A DNA stretch of 64,000 nucleotides from an uncultured Alistipes sp. (lineage in GTDB: Bacteria > Bacteroidota > Bacteroidia > Bacteroidales > Rikenellaceae): NCBI GenBank assembly GCA_944321175.1, contig CALUKI010000006.1:38265-102264 (forward strand). Reading direction: 5' to 3'. Below the pieces are notes generated by a model. It ran no database searches. It was not told the DNA's origin and was given only the letters and a program-made list of their open reading frames with translations. The translations under genes were made by a program, and so were the position numbers. Below are positions 58,376-64,000 of the stretch, in pieces. How positions within the stretch are numbered: the first letter of the stretch is position 1; every line of letters begins with the position of its first letter.

Positions 58376-60151
58376 CTACTCGAACGAGAAAACGTAGGGA
58401 CAATAGGCCACCACACCCCGCTGCGACAGGGCGCTCCGCACACTGCGGTATTCGTCATAAAGATCGTACAACGCCGAGTGTTCGACATGCGCCTCCACCC
58501 TTGCATTCAGCGCCGCCAAAATTGCACCCAGCCCCTGCGGCATCTCCCGCACCTCCTCGATGAAATAGTTGTCGCCCAGACCGGCTTTGTCCACCGCTAC
58601 GGCTATGGCACTCTTCAACCCGCCATTGACATCGGCAAGTCCGATCCGCACCGCATCGATGCCGCTCCAGACACGGCCGCCGGCAATCTCCAAAACACGC
58701 TCGATCGGAAGATTGCGCCCCGCAGCTACATTCTCCGTGAATGTTTCATAAACCCGATCCACACTCTTGGTCAAAGCAGCCCGCTCCAGCGACGTAAGGC
58801 CGCGAAAAGCGCTCATGTCGGCCGAACGGTTGCTCTTCACCTCATCGACGGTAATGCCCAACTTGTTTTTCGCAGCATCCCCAAGATCGAAATAGATGCC
58901 GAAAACCCCGATCGAACCGGTCAGCGTAAGCCGATCCGCAACAATCGCATCGGCCGGACACGAGATGTAATACCCCCCGCTGGCAGCATAGGATCCCATC
59001 GAGACTATAACCGGTTTTTCCGCCTTGAGCAGTTCGATCTCCCGCCAGATCACATCCGACGCCAAAGCACTGCCTCCCGGAGAGTTCACCCGCAGAACAA
59101 CAGCCTTTACCCCTTCGTCCCCGCGCAAATTGCGGATCTTCTCACTGAGCGTATTGCCATAGACGGCATCATACCCCTCGCCATCGACAATGTCACCGTC
59201 GGCATAGAGGATCGCCACACGATTCGAGCCCAAACGGGCAAAATCCGGTGCCACCTGCGACGCATAGGCGCCCAATGTCACGAAATTGTACTTCCCGCCA
59301 AAACCTGTCTCCACGCCCGCCTCGGCAAAAAGCTCTTCCATCTGGTCTTCGTAACGCACTTCGTCTATCATTCCCCACTTCACCGCATCGTCCGCTTCAA
59401 GCACCGAGAGGTTGTCGGCATAATCGTCGAGCCGTTCGATGGTCAAGCCGCGCGACTCGGCCACGTCGCCCGCCACGACACACCACATCGAGTGGACAAG
59501 ATCCTCCATCTGCTCCCGATTGGCATCGGACATTTCGGTCAGGAAATAGGGTTCAACAGCACTTTTGTATTTGCAGGCCGTCGGACGGAACACCTCGGCC
59601 TCGATACCGAGCTTGTCCATCAATCCCTTGAAAAACATTACATTGAAAGCCAAACCCCGCCAATCGAGCATCCCTTCGGGCTGTATGTAAACTTTGTCGG
59701 CAACTGACGCAAGATAGTACCGCGCCTGATCATACGCCTCGTTGTAGGCAAATACGAACTTCCCGCTCTCGGCACGAAATTCGTCGATTGCGGCCCGCAG
59801 CTCTTCAAGTACGGCCAGCGATGTCAGACCCATTCCGTTGGGGCGGATATAGATACCCTTGATACGCGGATCCGCCTTGGCGGCGTCGATAGCCCGCAGG
59901 GCACTGAAAAGCGTTACATGCGGAGTTACGGTCATCGTCCTGAAATCAACCCCCTCAAAAGGATCACAGGAGGGCGCTTCGACGATGTTTTCCGAAAGGT
60001 CGATCTTCAGAATCGCATTGTCGGGAATGGTCGCCGTTACCGACATCGCCCCGACAAGGCCCATCACAAAGAGACCCCAAATCATCGCAATCAATACATT
60101 GCCGACAATAAACGCCAGCAATCCCGCCAGAAATGTCTTGGAAAAATTCAT
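58376..60151 (-). CDS. sppA: Signal peptide peptidase SppA (67K type)
   Basis: YKSAVEP, LRVNSPGGSALAS, SMGSYAASGGY, TGSIGV, GRVWSG; TATCTTTG element at 60354-60361. Confidence 0.97.
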   Translation of the reverse strand: MNFSKTFLAGLLAFIVGNVLIAMIWGLFVMGLVGAMSVTATIPDNAILKIDLSENIVEAPSCDPFEGVDFRTMTVTPHVTLFSALRAIDAAKADPRIKGIYIRPNGMGLTSLAVLEELRAAIDEFRAESGKFVFAYNEAYDQARYYLASVADKVYIQPEGMLDWRGLAFNVMFFKGLMDKLGIEAEVFRPTACKYKSAVEPYFLTEMSDANREQMEDLVHSMWCVVAGDVAESRGLTIERLDDYADNLSVLEADDAVKWGMIDEVRYEDQMEELFAEAGVETGFGGKYNFVTLGAYASQVAPDFARLGSNRVAILYADGDIVDGEGYDAVYGNTLSEKIRNLRGDEGVKAVVLRVNSPGGSALASDVIWREIELLKAEKPVIVSMGSYAASGGYYISCPADAIVADRLTLTGSIGVFGIYFDLGDAAKNKLGITVDEVKSNRSADMSAFRGLTSLERAALTKSVDRVYETFTENVAAGRNLPIERVLEIAGGRVWSGIDAVRIGLADVNGGLKSAIAVAVDKAGLGDNYFIEEVREMPQGLGAILAALNARVEAHVEHSALYDLYDEYRSVRSALSQRGVVAYCPYVFSFE

Positions 60152-60434
60152 TGTTCATTCAGTTTAATTCTTGTTTCCGCATACGGACACCGCCGCTGCA
60201 TTCCCGCCTGAAAACAGGCACCAATGCACCACCGACAGAGATTTCCCGTGCCGCTTCGCCGCTTACGGCTCTTCTTTGTTCCGTTTCGAACAGCTCTTCG
60301 GCAATATCCGGACGTTTCCTCACGACGGGTCGCGGGCCGCACGCTGTTCCCTACAAAGATAAGGATTTTTTACGACTATACTGCGATCTGACAAAATATC
60401 GTTATATTTGTTGGATCATACTCGAATCAGATTT

Positions 60435-61493
60435 ATGGAGCAAAAAATCAAAAAGCTGCTTTCGACGATCGTTCATCCCGAAAGCGGACGCAATATCCTC
60501 GAAAGCGGTATCGTGGAGCGCGTGGATCTCCAGGAGGGGAAAATCGCCGTCACGCTGCGTTTCGACAAAGCCCGCGATCCCTTCGCACTGAAAATCAAAC
60601 ATCAGATTCAAGAGATACTCGCCAAGGAACTGCCGTTCGACAAAGAACGCATTACGGTCTTCTTCAAAGAGGCGGCACCGCATGCGCAACAACCTGCCGG
60701 GCGCCGCACGCAGACGGGCGGAATCGGTAAAATCCTTGCCGTTGCTTCCGGCAAGGGCGGTGTGGGGAAATCGACAGTCACAGCCAATCTGGCCCTTATC
60801 CTGCGCAACATGGGTTATCGGGTCGGCATCCTCGATGCCGATATTTACGGCCCTTCGCAGCCGAAAATGTTCGGGGTGGAGGATTATCTTCCCGAAGCCG
60901 AACGCATCGACGGCGAAGATTGCATTCTTCCGGCCGACGCAATGGATATCAAACTCATGTCGATCGGTTTCTTCATCAAGCCCTCCGATGCATTGATCTG
61001 GCGCGACGCAATGGCGACGAACGCCTTGCGGCAGATGATCCATCAGACGAAGTGGGGAGGTCTCGATTTTCTGCTCATCGACCTTCCGCCGGGAACGGGC
61101 GGCGTTCATCTGGCCGTCATCTCGGAGTTGAAGATCACGGGCGCCGTCATCGTTTCCACACCTCAGCAGGTCGCCGTAGCCGACGTGCGGCGCGGTGTGG
61201 AGATGTTCCGCGCCGAGAAGATCGAAATTCCCGTCGTGGGAATCATTGAAAACATGGCATGGTTCACCCCTAAAGAGCTGCCCGAAAACCGGTATTATCT
61301 CTTCGGACGGGGCGGCGCCCGTGCCTTCGCAGAGAAAAACGATGTTCCTTTCCTGGGAGAAATACCTATCGTCCAATCCGTTATGGATGGATCGGAAGAG
61401 GGACGCCCTGCTGCGGGCACCGATCCGATGGTTGAATCCTGCTACCGTTCCATAGCTGAAAAAATTGTTGAAAACATGACAAAATCATGTTGA
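60435..61493 (+). CDS. Mrp/NBP35-family P-loop ATPase (ApbC-like) with N-terminal DUF59-like domain
   Basis: GKGGVGKST, DADIYGPS, DLPPGTG, STPQ, IENM; TATATTTG element at 60403-60410. Confidence 0.95.
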   Translation: MEQKIKKLLSTIVHPESGRNILESGIVERVDLQEGKIAVTLRFDKARDPFALKIKHQIQEILAKELPFDKERITVFFKEAAPHAQQPAGRRTQTGGIGKILAVASGKGGVGKSTVTANLALILRNMGYRVGILDADIYGPSQPKMFGVEDYLPEAERIDGEDCILPADAMDIKLMSIGFFIKPSDALIWRDAMATNALRQMIHQTKWGGLDFLLIDLPPGTGGVHLAVISELKITGAVIVSTPQQVAVADVRRGVEMFRAEKIEIPVVGIIENMAWFTPKELPENRYYLFGRGGARAFAEKNDVPFLGEIPIVQSVMDGSEEGRPAAGTDPMVESCYRSIAEKIVENMTKSC

Positions 61494-61900
61494 CAACATG
61501 TCGGAAGACGGACGATAAAAAATGATAAATACAAAGGGAAAAAGTTGCAAAATCCATTCGCCCGCCGTGTGTATGGAAAAACCGAAAAAACAAGAAATAG
61601 TTTTCAAAAGTTATCACGAATAAAAGAGGGATGGAGAAGAGGCGATTGTTGAGAAAAAATCGCTGTTGAAGTGTTGAAAAAAACTATTGACAATTGTTGA
61701 AACAAAGAAGAAAGCAGGTCTTAAATAGTGATAATCAACTGTAAAATACGATAGGACAAGACAGGGTCGGGAAAATGGCAGATGATAAAATGATGATAAG
61801 TCCGGCCCGAATAAAGTTGCGAAACTTATCGACAGGCTTTATTTATCTTCTTGTTCCTTTAAAATTTAAATGTGTTTAAAATTAAAATCAAATAAACAAC
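61466..61900. other. Candidate chromosomal replication origin (oriC)
   Basis: Very AT-rich 420-bp gap, at least 7 TTNTCAACA/TTATCGACA-like 9-mers, AT-rich unwinding tract, nearby parS and mnmG, apparent strand-bias switch. Confidence 0.72.
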
Positions 61901-61914
61901 AAAAGAGGGAAGGT

Positions 61915-62844
61915 ATGGTCGAAAAACTCCGTGCACGGATCGAAGAGCTCAAACGGGAAAAGAACGCCGTTATTCTCGCACACTATTATACGCGTCCTGA
62001 AGTACAGGCCGTTGCCGACTTTCTGGGGGATTCACTGGCTTTGTCCATCGAGGCCAGGCGCACCGATGCGCGCATCATCCTCTTTGCCGGAGTCCACTTC
62101 ATGGCTGAAACGGCCAAAGTGCTGTGTCCTGACCGCAAGGTCCTCATTCCGGTGCGCGAAGCAGGATGTTCGCTTGCCGAAAGCTGCCAGGGCGATGCTT
62201 TCCGGCGTTTCCGTGCGCTTTATCCCGACCACAAGGTGATTTCGTATGTCAATACGTCGGTCGAAGTCAAGGCGCAGACGGATATCTGCTGCACCTCATC
62301 GAATGCACTGAAGATCGTGGAGTCTATTCCGGCCGATGTTCCGATTCTCTTCGGACCCGATCGGAATCTCGGACGTTATGTGCAGCGTCTGAGCGGCCGC
62401 AGCAACATGGTGATCTGGGACGGTGCCTGTGCCGTGCATGAACGTTTTTCGTCGTCGGGGATTCTTCAGTTGAAAGCGGAACATCCTTCGGCGCAGGTGG
62501 TTGCCCATCCGGAGTGTCCGTGCGAAGTGGTTGCTTTGGCGGACTATACGGGTTCGACGGCCGGCATACTGGATTATTGCGGTCGGAGCGGGACGAAGGA
62601 GTTTATCGTGGCAACGGAAGCCGGTATTTTCCGTGAATTGGAACGCCGTTGTCCGGAGAAGGCATTCATTGCCGCTCCGACGCTTGACGGCCGGATGCCC
62701 AATGAGTGTGAGGATATGAAATTGGCGACGCTGGAGCGTATTGTCGATTGTCTGGAGCGGGAGAGTCCTGAAGTGACGATCGACGAGGAGGTGCGTCGTG
62801 CTGCGGAGCGTTCCATTCTGCGGATGATTGAGGTTCACGGATAG
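61915..62844 (+). CDS. nadA: Quinolinate synthase
   Basis: ILAHYY, GDSLALS, GVHFMAETAK, AGCSLA, GACAVH, HPEC, NECEDMK. Confidence 0.98.
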   Translation: MVEKLRARIEELKREKNAVILAHYYTRPEVQAVADFLGDSLALSIEARRTDARIILFAGVHFMAETAKVLCPDRKVLIPVREAGCSLAESCQGDAFRRFRALYPDHKVISYVNTSVEVKAQTDICCTSSNALKIVESIPADVPILFGPDRNLGRYVQRLSGRSNMVIWDGACAVHERFSSSGILQLKAEHPSAQVVAHPECPCEVVALADYTGSTAGILDYCGRSGTKEFIVATEAGIFRELERRCPEKAFIAAPTLDGRMPNECEDMKLATLERIVDCLERESPEVTIDEEVRRAAERSILRMIEVHG

Positions 62845-63005
62845 CGGACGTTTTCTTCGGTATCTGAAAGAGAGCGAAGAGTGCAGCTGTTTGTTTTTAC
62901 TTGTCGTATTGTTTTTTGTTTTGGAAAATAAAAGTAAAAAAAATACGGATATCAGGAGTTTGCGATTGTATGTCAGTAGGTTAAAATAAAATTTTTTGAA
63001 TGGTT

Positions 63006-64000
63006 ATGAAAAAAGTATGGTTGCTGCTTGCCGTCGCGATCGGTTCCTTTACCGCCTCCGCGGATGAGGGAATGTGGCTGTTGCCTTACCTCCAGAAGAT
63101 GAATATCGTCGATATGCTGGCTAAAGGCTGCAAATTGTCCGCCGAAGAGATCTATTCGGCCGATAAATCGTCCCTCAAGGACGCCGTTGTGATCTTCGGC
63201 GGCGGTTGTACGGGAGAGGTGGTCTCCCCCGAAGGTTTGTTGCTGACCAATCACCATTGCGGTTACGGCGCAATCCAGTCGTTGTCGTCGGTCGAACGGG
63301 ATTTCCTGAGCAACGGCTTCTGGGCTCAGTCCCGCGCCGAAGAGTTGCCAGCACCGGGGTTGAAAGTGCGTTTCATCCGTCATATCAAGGATGTCACCTC
63401 CGAAGTGTTGGGCGCCGTTCCTTCGACGGCAATGGGTGAGGAACGGGCGAATAGGATCGATGAACTTGTCGGCAAGGTCGAAGAGCGGCTCCGCAAGGAG
63501 TATCCCGATCATACCGTACTTGTAGAGTCCTTCTTCGGCGGAAACCAATATTTCGCCTTTGTCATGGAGGTTTACAGGGATATTCGTCTGGTGGGTACTC
63601 CTCCCAACTCGATCGGCAAATTCGGCGGCGATACCGACAATTGGATGTGGCCGCGCCATACGGGTGATTTCTCAGTTTTCCGTATCTACGCCGGCAAGGA
63701 TAACCGCCCGGCGGACTATTCGCCCGAAAATGTGCCTTATCATGCCGAAGAGTATCTGAAAATTTCACTCGACGGTTATCAGGAGGGCGATTTCGCCATG
63801 ATCATGGGTTTCCCAGGCTCTACGGAGCGTTATATGACGTCGTATGAAATCGATCGGTTGTTGGGGATTACCAATCCGCTGCGAATCTTCATTCGCGGCG
63901 AACGTCAGAAAATTCTGGCCGAAGATATGTCTGCCAGTGACAAGGTGCGCATTCAGTATGCGTCGAAATATGCCCAGTCGTCGAACTATTGGAAAAATGC
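63006..64000 (+). CDS. S46-family dipeptidyl peptidase (DPP7/DPP11-like), partial, runs off the window
   Basis: Hand translation gives MKKVWLLLAVAIGSFTASA-DEGMWL, GGCTGEVVSPEGLLLTNHHCG, FGGDTDNWMWPRHTGDFS; absent from the ORF track because it has no stop in the window. Confidence 0.95.
   Translation, partial: MKKVWLLLAVAIGSFTASADEGMWLLPYLQKMNIVDMLAKGCKLSAEEIYSADKSSLKDAVVIFGGGCTGEVVSPEGLLLTNHHCGYGAIQSLSSVERDFLSNGFWAQSRAEELPAPGLKVRFIRHIKDVTSEVLGAVPSTAMGEERANRIDELVGKVEERLRKEYPDHTVLVESFFGGNQYFAFVMEVYRDIRLVGTPPNSIGKFGGDTDNWMWPRHTGDFSVFRIYAGKDNRPADYSPENVPYHAEEYLKISLDGYQEGDFAMIMGFPGSTERYMTSYEIDRLLGITNPLRIFIRGERQKILAEDMSASDKVRIQYASKYAQSSNYWKN

Overview
A 64 kb chromosomal core region from a high-GC Bacteroidetes genome, most likely Rikenellaceae (Alistipes-like). 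This placement rests on the atpD-first F1Fo operon order, TAnnTTTG promoters, DUF4924 and DUF4988-type lipoproteins. About 47 genes tile the window. They include the atp operon, a PiT phosphate transporter, a hydrolase-degenerate RelA, a GH2, fabI, an ABC-2 exporter, rplY-pth, a sulfatase, pheS, ybeY-mnmG, ilvE, metG, pgk, PepO, sppA, Mrp, nadA and a partial S46 peptidase. I found no CRISPR array, rRNA, tRNA, transposase or prophage. The most notable signals are non-coding or structural. (1) A candidate replication origin lies between mrp and nadA, with an array of non-canonical TTNTCAACA DnaA-box-like 9-mers, an AT-rich unwinding tract and an apparent switch in strand bias. (2) Two TGTTCCACGTGGAACA-type parS sites lie about 12 kb from it. 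(3) Two inverted, mosaic BACON-lipoprotein paralogs flank a 21 kb segment, and one is truncated. (4) Two DUF4988-type repeat lipoproteins bracket rplY-pth, and one carries an in-frame G9 tract. (5) An 11-bp-phased Pho-box-like array sits before the phosphate transporter. (6) rplY has a structured leader. All calls were made by eye, and no database search was run.
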